Below are positions 28,001 to 39,129 of a DNA stretch of 64,000 bases, one piece after another. The stretch is taken from contig NW_024704743.1 of NCBI RefSeq assembly GCF_018977255.1, positions 43,650,001 through 43,714,000 of the forward strand. The letters run 5' to 3'. Source of the DNA: Callorhinchus milii (taxonomy: Eukaryota). Every line of letters begins with the position of its first letter. Within the stretch, counting starts at the first letter, position 1. A program made the translations under genes and the position numbers. The notes beneath the pieces are model-generated. The model was not told the DNA's origin and did no database searches. It saw nothing but the letters and a program-made list of their open reading frames with translations.

Positions 28001-29954
28001 CTGGAGTTCCAGCCAATGGAGTGGCATTTGGCCGTTGTTTCATTGGATGTACTATGATCCTGATCCTTTATCCAATATTCCATTGGATAAAATAATCCTT
28101 ACATTTGGTATAGTGCCTTTTACGTTGGGAAAGCGGCCTAAAGCGCTTCACAGGATTTACTGTAAATCTTTGCATTTGCGTTCGAACGTAGAGATGAAAG
28201 TTTCTGTGGAATTTAAATACTGACATAGACTATTTGTGGACTGTTTCGTCAACGTAATTCTATTGCAATCCTAACCAAAACATGCTCCCTACATTTGTGA
28301 GTAACAGCAAAAATGTATTACTGTTAATATTTATTAATATTTACAGGTCTGTGAATTTTTGAGGGATTGTTGAACATTTTATTAATACTTTTTATTAAGA
28401 GATTTAAATTAGAATTACATCACTTCCAAAAAGGAGTTTTTAGGTAGCAATACTCTCAGTGTCTTAAATTTAGCATAAATGACAACCCCCACCCCCACCA
28501 CCACCACCCCCCTCCCATATTGAACGTTCAGTGTAAAATGCTCGGGGCAAGATTTGAGTTTTCCTTTGCTCCAGTGCAAAATTTATTAGTGCCACAAAGT
28601 GTTTTACTTAATCCAGTTAAATTAAAATGTACATTAGTCTCAGTGCAACAAACTGCTGCTGTGGCAATTTTGTGAGAGAAGGTTGGCAGGACTCAAGAGG
28701 AGCTATCGCACGGAGCTCCACAAGGTACATAAATAAACCAGAAATTGTTTGAGAAGAATTGCCCTTTCTGGGTTATCTTCTCACTTGAGCACTGAATTAC
28801 TCTGAATCAGCCTCTCTTCAAAATATTTTGATATATTTATTTACAATGTAAATTAATTCTACACACTTTTACAGCAATTGTACAACTTTTTTTAAACTGG
28901 ATTTTATTACATACTTGAGCAAAAAAGCAGTCAAAAGCAAGAAGATAGTTCTCGGAGTTGTCCATTTCTTAACATTGTAAGACTGCAGAGTGAAGTCAGT
29001 GGGTAGAAAGACAGATTCACAACATAGGTCAAAGCTGCAATTAAACATAATAATAAAGATTCCCTTTTGTTCAATAAACCTAGGTTATAGCGTATAAAAG
29101 AACAACTGACTGTAACTCTGACTATTAACCATTGTCCTCAAATGTCCAAGAAGTGTTTCAGCTGCTGACTATTATAATGTGCCCACTCTCAGTTATTCTT
29201 TGAACAACATAAAATGCACAGTAATATGATTTACTGGTGTCAACTACAATGATAATCTTTGCATTTGATTTAGTGCCTTATCATGTTGTTGATACATCTC
29301 AAAGCGCTGCACAGGATATACTGGCAAGTAGATTGACTATGTATTTTGTGGGTGAAACGTGGCGCGAAATGCAAAACAATTATTTCTCTCAGTTTCAATG
29401 CTGGATTGAGAAGACTTAATCATTACGTTGCCATTCCACTCCAAAAACACCAATATTGGTGTCACAATATTCCAGTGTTGAGTTTAGCACTAAGTGAGTG
29501 CCTGGGCATAAACTTCCACTTAAAATCGTCCCTCTAGCATATAGGGTACATCTCAGCAATAATACAGTGCTTCAGTTCAACTTAACTGGGTGCAGTATGC
29601 ACAGTTGTTAACTTCTGGGAAATGTTAAGAGTGGCATTTATGATCAACTGCAGTGACACAGGTTGTAAACTTCTTTCAACACAAGAAAAATATTTTTTTA
29701 ATAAAAAGTAACAGGCATTAAAATAAATGAAATATACTTCTCATCACTCGTGTTACTCATAAATAACAAGTCTGAGCTGATGCTTTAAAGACATATAACA
29801 AAATCCCCCTTGATACTGATGATAGAAACTTCTATAATGTATCTTTCCTGCAGCTGCTATCTTTATCAAGGAATATTGGAATACACAGGACCAGAAAAGA
29901 CCAGTGGGTCCATATGGGTGGTCCCAAAGATTATGAAGAACGTTATACTGTGGT

Positions 29955-30335
29955 CTGGTGACAGCTTAGCTCAATTGGTAGAACTCTTGCCTCTGCATTA
30001 GAAATTTGTGGAGTCGTGCCTCAAGTCAGGACTTAGTCTGACACTCCAATGTCAGAACTGGACAAGCACTGCTTTGAAGGTGCCATCTTTTGGATGAGAC
30101 GTTAAACTGCATCTGCCTGTTGAAATGGATGTTAAAGATCCCATGCCACTATTCAGAAAGAGAAGGGATTCCTGCAAATAAATTGGCCATTCACTTCATG
30201 GCGATTTGTGGGCTGCTGTGCCCAAAAAATAACTGTGGTAACCTACAAATACAATCATTATGGGCAGTAACTAGAATGTGAAGTATTTTGAGACAGTGTC
30301 GTTTTTATGTATTATATCAAATGAAAGGATTATCA
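29955..30335 (+). mobile_element. Old Deu-domain SINE (SacSINE1/AmnSINE1-like)
   Basis: tRNA-like head followed by ggtgccatcttttggatgagacgttaaac..gttaaagatcccatgccactatt, which matches the Deu core as recalled, then an L2-type tail. Confidence 0.8.
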
Positions 30336-32454
30336 TACCATTATTTATATCTCATGCCCTTCAATTGCTTCTTTTACCAAAAAACCTGCCCAGTTGCAGC
30401 TAGAGAACTGTGCTCCGACCCTTACGTCTTTCAGGCCCAGCGATAGTAACAAGAAAACAGCTACAGCTGAAAAAAACATGCTGATCATTCCTTCAGTACA
30501 ACAGTTACCATCCCTATACCAAAAATCAGACTTCAAACCTTATGTCATTTTTCTGAGATGACCATTCAAAGGAATACCAGGAACATGCAGCCAGAGCACA
30601 CTTAATGCCTGGCATTGTAGTCCTGCAGTAGGCAACCGTTCACCTGCACGACTCCCTCCTCACCTCCCACCCCCCCACCACTGTTTATCATCACCCTGGT
30701 TCAGGTAACTGAGTAAAAAGTGCATTACCTCTGGCAGCAGTACTCATTGGTAAGAACAAGGAAACAATGGCCTTACTGTGCTTGGGATTTAATAACCTGA
30801 TGTCTGGTAAATGAAACGCTGCTGACAAATGGTTGCCCTTTGGCATGGGAGGGCTATATTGTGTTCACAGGTAAATATTAGCGTGCGCACGCACACAGAT
30901 AGAAATAAAGCAAGGCAGCCTAACTATGCAGCACACAGATGAGAAACTGGTGGTTAGTTGTGCATCCAGCCCATTGTGGAACTTTAAAGAAATAAATCTG
31001 ATTTTGAGCACTTTGAGTGTCAGGAGTAAAATCAATGACCTGGTCACTGTACAATTAGTCAGCGACACATTATATGGCTTTAGTTTAACGGGGCTTGCGA
31101 TGAAAAGATATGCAACACACCATGCAGAACTACACCAATCAAAAACAAACAGCAAGCAGCAAGAAGTCGGGTTCTTCAGTATACATTTCGTTTGTGCAAT
31201 GGGCCAAAGTATTCGGAGAGCTCTATCATTGAACACTGTCTACATTTCTGTGAGCACTAGCCTCAGTGAGTTGTGCAATCCATGCCCGCCAAGAGAAGCT
31301 TCAGATCTCGGTCACTCGCCAGAATTTCTATTTGTACACCCTGTACAGCCGACATAGAGACATGATACTATAAACACAAGAAGCATACCAGGGCTTTTGC
31401 TTTATGAGGTTTATACCTCAACAGGCATCAAACTGGGATGTCTAGACTTGTGTTTGTGCACTGAGACATCACATTCCTTTGTTATGTTTTTTTTGCCAAA
31501 GTTACAATTCACAACCACTGTATTAAAATTGAAATTTACATGGAATACCTTGCTGATACATGAATGTCTTTCTTAAAAAAATTAACCATCTGTTTGATGC
31601 TACCACCATCTGACCTTGTGGCTTGTGCTGGGAGATGAAATTACACATTTCATTACAATGTCTCTAGTTAGTATTTTATGAATCCATCACTGAAGATGAC
31701 AGATGGCTTGTGCACTACACCTCAGAACTATGCTAATAAGGTTACAAAATTTGAGCTGAAGAAAAGTTGAAAGAGAATTGTTTCCATGGTAGGGCTCTTG
31801 CACTTTACTGTCTTGCTGTCAAGGTAGCGTGCAGCGACACAACACCCATTACGTCTCCAATCACCTGATAATAATAATAACAATAATCCTTGAATTTGAT
31901 ATCCCGCCTTATCACATTATTATTTGTCACAAAATGCTTTACAGGGTTTTACTGTGAAGCGGAGTGCATTTTTGTACAGCAATGTCCCACAAACAGTCAT
32001 TAAGCAAATGAGCCATATTTTATTCCATGATGGATTCAAATACTCTGGATTACCAGTCTGAATACTGTCCCTGTCAGATGAATTTGTTTTTTTATTTGTG
32101 GCTTACTCCAGAGATAACAGAATGACAGGTTTTTGAACACTGTGAACAATTTGACAGTAACTTCCGGCCTTTAGCCCGCGTCAGAGCTGATCATTCAGCA
32201 GAACTTCAGTTCCTTATCCACACCATATCCCAACAACATAATAGGCATTTTGAAAACTGAACAATTGGCTGCCCGGCCCAAAAACCTCCAAGGTGTTGGA
32301 GCCTTACTCCCGACAGCCATCATCAAGAAATAATTAAAAAAATGCTTTATTCAGTAGTGACGAACCTACTCCTTGCTCTCGTAGTAAACCACTCCTCCTC
32401 CTATAGACTTGTACCTATCCACTCCCGAAACTGAGTGAAATGGGGCCTCGTGGT

Positions 32455-32760
32455 CGACCACTCCCATCTCTCTCCTAGTGACCACCCTCTCTCCTAGTGA
32501 CCACTCTCTCTCCTAGTGACCACTCTCTCTCTCCTAATGACCACTCTCTCTCCTAGTGACCACTCTCCCTCCTAGTGACCACTGTCCCTCTCCTCGTGAC
32601 CACTGTCTCTCTCCTAGTGACCACACTCTCTCCTAGTGACCACTCACTCTCCTAGTGATCACTGTCTCTCTCCTGGTGACCACTCTCTCTCCTATTAACC
32701 AGTCTCTCTCCTAGTGGCCACTCTCTCTCCCAATGACCACTTCCTCTCCTGGTGACCAGT
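32455..32760. repeat. Minisatellite, ~15 units of 19-21 bp (CTCTCTCCTAGTGACCACT)
   Basis: GACCA-type cores recur every 19 or 21 bp. Confidence 0.95.
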
Positions 32761-33111
32761 AGGAGTCTACACACAGGTGAACCCTATATCTCTATCCGGA
32801 TAGCCTTCCGTGGCCAGAGATTTTGACTTAGTTCAGTGGAGGCCAACAAAATAAATTTTCTTGATTGAATATCTCCTAGGTGACCACTCTCAAGAAATAT
32901 TCAGTCAAGAAAAAACTCATCAGTACAAATCAGTACATTTACTGACAGAGGCTTAACTCGACATTTGCGAATGTTGGGGGGGTGTGGGGGGCCATTACTT
33001 GATGGCTTCGCAGGCCACTTTCGGCCCATGGGCCACAGGTTGGTCACCATTGTCTTAGTTAAATCCTACAAGCAGAAGATAGCTTATCACCACCACAATG
33101 ACGCTTGTAGG

Positions 33112-33266
33112 TTTCAAACAATTACAATGCCAGTGCCGGCATTTACTGACAGTTTTCAGCACTGATAAAAGGCGGTGCCGATAAAAGCTGATAAATGCTG
33201 GTACCGGTATTGTAATCACACTTAGCTGGATATTCTGTTTCGCCAGACCAGATTGATCTCCCCCCA
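33112..33266 (+). repeat. Palindromic MITE-like element, copy 1
   Basis: 96-nt imperfect hairpin at 33121-33216 plus shared flank; homologous to 37030-37180. Confidence 0.85.
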
Positions 33267-34473
33267 TTGGTCCAACCAGCTAGGGGTGCATTGGGATCTT
33301 TAATGTCCATCGGAATAAACTATCTTTTAGTACCTATGTTTTTGTTCAAGTAACTAAGATTTAAAATGAACAAAACTACAATAACATTTAGATTAGATTT
33401 GGGTAAATGCAATGTCTGATGCAGCAGGCAATATCACAGTGTTTAAACAGTACAGAGCCTGAGACTTGATTGAGAACTTCCCAGTATCGTGACACTGATC
33501 GTTTGGTGCCTACTCTTGAGTTATGATGTTGCTGGTGGTAGGGAGACGAGAGCACAATCACTGACATAGGCCTCACAGTCTCCAGTAGCCACAGACTTTC
33601 TGTGTTGTTATCCTGCGTCATTGTGGCTGATCACACAGCCAACAATAACTGGATTTCCTACTCTTGGATGGGGATTATCAATATTGTCACCAGAATGAGT
33701 TCATCAAGTTTCCGTTGCTTAGACTAGAAAACCTCCCCATGGGTGTGCAAACAAAACATTTGCTACTACCAGCCAATAGTGCATGATAACCCCCAATGTT
33801 GTCCAAAACATGTTTGAACAATGCATCCACAGAGAACAGAGTTAATTTAGATCACAGAGATTTTATTGATAACTACCTCTTTATTTCAGTGAAGGATTGC
33901 CAAAGGAACGCTACAACCACTTGGCAACAGTCCCATCTCAGTCCCTCATACCCATTACTTTGTCTCAGGAATTTTCACTTCCATCATTTGGAAATTGCTT
34001 GCATCCTAAAATAACGACACACGGCCAGTAATTGAAAGCGCGTTATAAATGGATTTTTATGCTGGGGGCGGCCGATCAGTTAAACGTCGACGCTGTTCTT
34101 TCTTTGTACTTACTGAAGGATAACAATTAAATGTACCCTGAAATAGAACAGACAAAAAAAACTTCCATTTTAGTCTTATCTATGCTGTTTTTGCACTGCA
34201 CATTTGGCAGCATTTTGCTGCCAAAATCTCATCGATTCAGTGTCCACAGTGCAGTATAAATTAAGTGTAAATCGCGCTGGAGCCTTTCTTTCAACAGCAC
34301 CTGGAGGAAGCTGTTTCAGGAGTCGTGAAAGATGCAGCCCCGAGCTGAAATGTAAAGCCATCACCATGCTTAAGAGTTTCCAAACCAAGCTGGAATTTCC
34401 ATGCATCCCACCTACACATAGAACTGCTGGAGTCTAACCAGCTAAAGCCGCATAGCTTGCCATTGATATTGCT

Positions 34474-35794
34474 ACTCCACCGCTTGTCCTCCCACCTCAA
34501 CCTTCAAGGCACTGTCCTTGAATGGTTTAGCTCTTACCTTTCCCACCGTCTTCACTTCGTCTCAACGAATGGCTTCTCCTCCACCCCCCGCACTGTCTCA
34601 TGTGGTGTCCCTCAGGGCCCTGTCCTCGGTCCCCTCCTCTTCACCCTCTATATGCTCCCCCTCGGTGACATCATCCGCAAACATGGGGTTAACTTCCACA
34701 TGTATGCGGATGACACCCAACTCTACCTTTCCTCCTCTACTCTCAACTCCACGACCACCGATGTCCTGACAGCCTGCCTGTCCGACATCGAGTCCTGGAC
34801 GAGAGACAACTTTCTTCAGCTCAACGTGCGAAAAACCGAGGCCCTCCTGATTGGCTCACGTCAGCGCCTCCGCACCTCAGGCGCTGACACCATCAGCATC
34901 CAAGGCTGCACTCTCCACCTCTCAAAGCCAGTCAGGAACCTCGGCGTTTTGTTCGACCCTGAGCTGTCCTTTCTCCCTCACATCCGCACCACAACTGGCA
35001 CCGCCTTCCATCACCTCCGGAATATCGCCAGATTACGGCACTACCTCACCCCTCACGCTGCTGAAACCCTGGTTCACGCCTTTGTCACCTCAAGGCTGGA
35101 CTATGGGAACTCTCTCCTCGCCGGCCTTCCCGGCACCTCCCTCCACAAGCTGCAGGTCATTCAGAACTCTGCAGCTCGTGTACTGTCCCGCACCAGGCTT
35201 CGGGACCACATCACTCCTACCCTCGCTCGCCTCCACTGGCTCCCCATCCCCCAGAGGATTGATTTCAAGATCCTCATCCTCACCTACAAGGCCATTCACG
35301 GCCTTGCTCCCTCCTACCTCTCCAACCTACTATCCCCCTACCTACCTGCCCGTACCCTCCGTTCCTCTGGCTCCGGTCTGCTCCACGTCCCCCGCCCCAA
35401 CCGCCCTACTATCGGTGGTCGGGCCTTCAGCCTCTCAGCCCCGAGGCTCTGGAACTCCATCCCCCAGTGCCTTCGCCGCTTCCTCCCTTTCCTCCTTCAA
35501 GGCCGGTCTCAAAACCTTTCTCTTTGACCGTGCCTTCAGCTCCCCTCTCGACTCTCTTCCTCCTCCTCGCTCCCTCCCTTCCCTCCCCTCACCCTGACCA
35601 TTTCCCCCTCCTCTCTCCCTCCCTTCCCTCCCCTCACCCTGACCATTTCCCCCTCCTCGCTCCCTCCCTTCCCTCCCCTCACCCTGACCATTTCCCCCCA
35701 ATGCTCGGGTCATGACCCAACTGTGCAGCGCCTTGGGACGTCCTCCTGACGTGAAAGGCGCTCTATAAATGGAATCTTGTTGTTGTTGTTGTTG
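34474..35794 (+). mobile_element. Young 5'-truncated L2 (LINE2) with an open C-terminal RT frame, 3'UTR and (TTG)n tail
   Basis: ORF 34457-35527 contains [27 protein letters not shown] and LHWLPI. CpG-rich. Tail stem-loop AGCGCCTT..AAGGCGCT followed by (TTG)n. TTGCT on both sides (34469-73, 35795-99). Confidence 0.97.
35563..35697 (+). repeat. 3 x 45-bp tandem repeat in the L2 3'UTR
   Basis: Unit ctcctcgctccctcccttccctcccctcaccctgaccatttcccc. Confidence 0.95.
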
Positions 35795-36389
35795 TTGCTG
35801 TCCTGCAAGCTCTCCCGCTGCTTTTCCAGCTAGGTCTACCGTACTCATTAGGGCTTTGGCTGCAGGGTTAACAGGAGCTGAATGGGATGACTCACTGCTC
35901 CCTGTGACTGGTCTGCCCTTCCAGGTCCTGTCGATGAGCCAGGCTGGCTGTGCTGTCATCAGCTGTGCCCTGGAATACTGCCATTCGACATCCAACAAGA
36001 TGGGTTTAAGCCCTCATTAGTTGGATGGTAGGAACAAAGGACTCCCTGTGAGCCACACATCTCAGCATGAAATGCGTGAGAGCATTATCACCGTCTTCCT
36101 GTCCATAGCTTGGGCTCACACCCCTTCCTATCGAGCAATGGCTTCAACAATTGGAGGTGTGGAGTTTAAGCAGCAGTTGATTACCTCTCTGCAGGCCAAG
36201 CAAGGTAGATTTGAACAAACATGTACGCACGAACTCAGACTCCAGGTAACATGTAAATATGATGGGTACGAATCACCCTGGGTTTGTTTGCTCTACTTTG
36301 GTCTTGTCAATGCTTTTGGAACACAGAAGAACTTTCATCCAACTCAAGAATGCATCCCACAAATATCTCTTTAAAGTTACATTAACATA

Positions 36390-36955
36390 AACGCTCTGCT
36401 TGTCGGCCTTCCTGACTCCTCCCTCCACAGGCTGCAGATAATCCAGAACTCTGCAGCCCGTGTCCTCTCTCGCACCAAACTCCGTGACCCCATCTTCCCC
36501 ACTCTCGCCCGACTCCACTGGCTTCCTATCCTGCAGATGATCCAGTTCAAGATCCTTGTCCTCACATACAAAGCCCTCCATGGCCTCGCCACACCCTACC
36601 TCTGCAACCTCCTAACCAACTCACCCATTCCCTCCGCTCAGCCGGCTCTGGCCTGCTCCACGTCCCCCGACCCACCCGCCCCACCATTGGTGGGAGAGAA
36701 TTCAGCCATTCTGCCCCCAACCTCTGGAATTCCATCCTCCAGTTACTCCGCCTCGCCCCCTCCTTAGCCTTCTTCAAATCCTGCCTTAAGACCCTCCTCT
36801 TCAACCTTGTCATCAGCCACCCCACTTCCCCTCCCCTCTCCCCCCCCCGACCCCAGACCTCGGATCTGAAATGCTGTACACTGTCCAGCACCTTGGGACG
36901 TCCTCCCGACGTGAAAGGCGCTATACAAATGTAACCTTATTGTTGTAGTTGTTGT
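36390..36955 (+). mobile_element. L2 3' fragment
   Basis: IQFKILVLTYKALHGLA; tail cagcaccttgggacgtcctcccgacgtgaaaggcgct followed by (TTG)n. Confidence 0.92.
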
Positions 36956-37029
36956 AACAAACCTTACACCCAATCTTGGTGTTGTGTGTGAGTACCGAGC
37001 CGCACAAGTATAGCACACTGAAATTAAAT

Positions 37030-37180
37030 GTTCAAACAATTACAATGCCAGTGTTGGCATTTTCTGACAGTTTTCAGCACTGAAAAAAANCGGTGCCGAC
37101 AAAAGCCGGTAAATGCCAGTATCGGCGCTGTAATCACACTTGACTGGAAATTTTGGTTCACTAGACCACATCTCTCCCCA
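37030..37180 (+). repeat. Palindromic MITE-like element, copy 2
   Basis: Hairpin at 37039-37134, same orientation as copy 1; contains one N at 37090. Confidence 0.85.
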
Positions 37181-37350
37181 GTTAATCCAGACAGCCTTTC
37201 CATTTAAAATAATAATAATAAGCCTGGCCGAGGTAAGCAGTCGCTGATTCGGAGGGCGGAGAGGAGCATCTGCAGAAAATCAACAAGTGACATCAACCTG
37301 ATGTCATGCTCAAAAGACAGAACCAGAAAAAAAACTAAGAAAAACTAAAA

Positions 37351-37663
37351 CTGTAGCTCAGTGGTTAGAGCACTCGCTTTGCAAGTGAGACACCTGAGTT
37401 CAATTCCAGGCACAGGGCGAAACCTTGGGCAAGTTTCGTTACTCCACACGCCTAATAATAATCCCTCCAAAACCAAAAACAATAATAAATTGGTCATTTT
37501 CAATCTGCGACTGTTTGTGGGACATTGCTGTGCGCAATTGGCTGCCGCGTTCGCCCACAAATATACAGTCAATTCACTTTACAGTGTATTCTGTGAAGCG
37601 CTTTGGGATGTCCTTCCGACGTGAAAAGCGCTATATTAAATGCAAGGATTATTATTATTATTA
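37351..37663 (+). mobile_element. Young tRNA-Ala-derived SINE (short subfamily) with L2-type tail and (TTA)n
   Basis: Box A TAGCTCAGTGG, TGC anticodon loop, box B GAGTTCAATTCC. Near-identical to copies at 38821 and 62260. Confidence 0.93.
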
Positions 37664-37986
37664 AATAAAAACCATAATCCAGAGTGAGAGAGAGAGGAGA
37701 GAATGGCATGGCAGGTGTTGTGCGATGACTGCAGTATGTGGGAGCTGATGGAGGGCAGCCTGAGCCCGGACAACTACATCTGCAGCAAGTGTCTGCAACT
37801 GAGGAAGCTCCAGGTTAGAGTAGCTGAGCTGGAATCCGAGGTGCAGACATTGCGCGGCATCAGGGAAGGTGAGAGGTTCCTGGATAGTTTCATCCAGGAG
37901 ACAATCACTTCCCTGAGGCTCAGTAAATGTATGGATCCTGCTACTACTCAGGGACAGGACAGGGTAACTGACAGTCAGTCAGGCAG

Positions 37987-38064
37987 ATCCTGGGATCCGA
38001 AACTGTAAAGCGCTCTGAGACGCCGTCCAGCGTAGAGGGCGCTATATAAATCCAAGTTGTTGTT
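37987..38064 (+). mobile_element. Very short L2-type tail (second L2 family) inserted in CR1 ORF1
   Basis: gcgctctgagacgccgtccagcgtagagggcgctatataaatccaag(ttg)n interrupts the ORF1 frame. Related tails occur at 1260-1325, 42210-42272 and 58200-58262. Confidence 0.8.
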
Positions 38065-38820
38065 GTAAGGGGACCCCAGAGAGAATGGTGGAGAAGCCTC
38101 AGGCATTAAGCTTGTCCAACAGGTACGAGGTAATTGTAACCTGTGTGGACAAGGAAGTCTGTAAGGAGGAGGATGGGCAAACTGACCCCAGCAGCTCTAT
38201 ACAGGAGGCCACACAAGCGGGGGGAGCAAAACGGAATGTAGTTGTGATAGGGGACGAGACAGTCAGGCGGACAGACGCTCTTCTCTGCACCCGCAACCAG
38301 GTGTCACGAAGGCCTCTGTTGCCTTCCTGGTGCCAGAGTTAAGGATGTCTCTTCAGGGCTGGAGAAGAATTTGAAGCAGGAAAGGGATGATCCAATTGTG
38401 GTGATCCACATAGGAACCAACAATATAGGTAGTGGCAACTTGAGGAGTGAGTTCAATAAACTGGGAATGAAATTAAAAGGAAAAACTTCCAAGGTGATAA
38501 TCTCCAGATTACTACCTGAGCCACTCACAAATTGATACAGGGATAAACAAATGAAAGAGTTAAATGCGTGACTGAGAGAGTGGTGCGGGAGGCAGGAGGT
38601 TCGTTTTATGGGCCACTGGCACCAGTATTGGGGGAAAAGGGAGCTGTTCCATCGAGATGGCCTCCGCCTTAACCGGCTGGGACCAATGTCCTGGCAAAAC
38701 AATTAAATAGGGAGTTAAGCAGAGCTTTAAATTATTAAGGGGGGCGATGAGGGAAGGTTACAGCTACAGTTAAACATAACCCGGCATTGCAAGGAACAGT
38801 CATGGCTGTAGAGCAGAGTA

Positions 38821-39129
38821 ATAATAATAATCCTTGCATTTGATATAGCGCTTTTCACATCTTCTAGACATGCCAAAGCGCTTCACAGAATATACTGTAA
38901 AGTGAATTGACTGTATATTTGTGGGCGAACGCGGCAGCCAATCGCGCACAACAATGTCCCACAAACAGTCGTGGATTGAAAATGACCAATTTACTATTGT
39001 TTTGTTTTGGAGGGATTATTATTAAGCGTGTGGAGTAAGGAAACTTACCCAAGGTTTCGCCCTGCCTGGAATTGAACTCAGGTCTCTCACTTGCAAAGTG
39101 AGTACTCTAACCACTGAGCTACAGGACTC
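38821..39129 (-). mobile_element. Young SINE (short subfamily) inserted between CR1 ORF1 and ORF2
   Basis: Full head-body-tail; TSD CAGAGTA at 38814-38820 and 39130-39136. Confidence 0.95.

Noticed and set aside
30865..31357. Overlapping 143-aa and 123-aa ORFs on opposite strands
   Set aside because: No recognisable domain or convincing splice signals; lengths are attainable by chance in 64 kb.
32455..32760. Regular repeats resembling a CRISPR array
   Set aside because: Units are adjacent with no unique spacers, there are no cas genes, and the context is a vertebrate intron.
34457..35527. 356-aa reverse transcriptase ORF as a host or domesticated gene
   Set aside because: 5'-truncated L2 with tail and TSD; the ORF start lies in flanking DNA and the C-terminus is frameshifted.
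35769..36020. Poly-Cys / poly-Gln ORFs
   Set aside because: Translations of the L2 (TTG)n tail.
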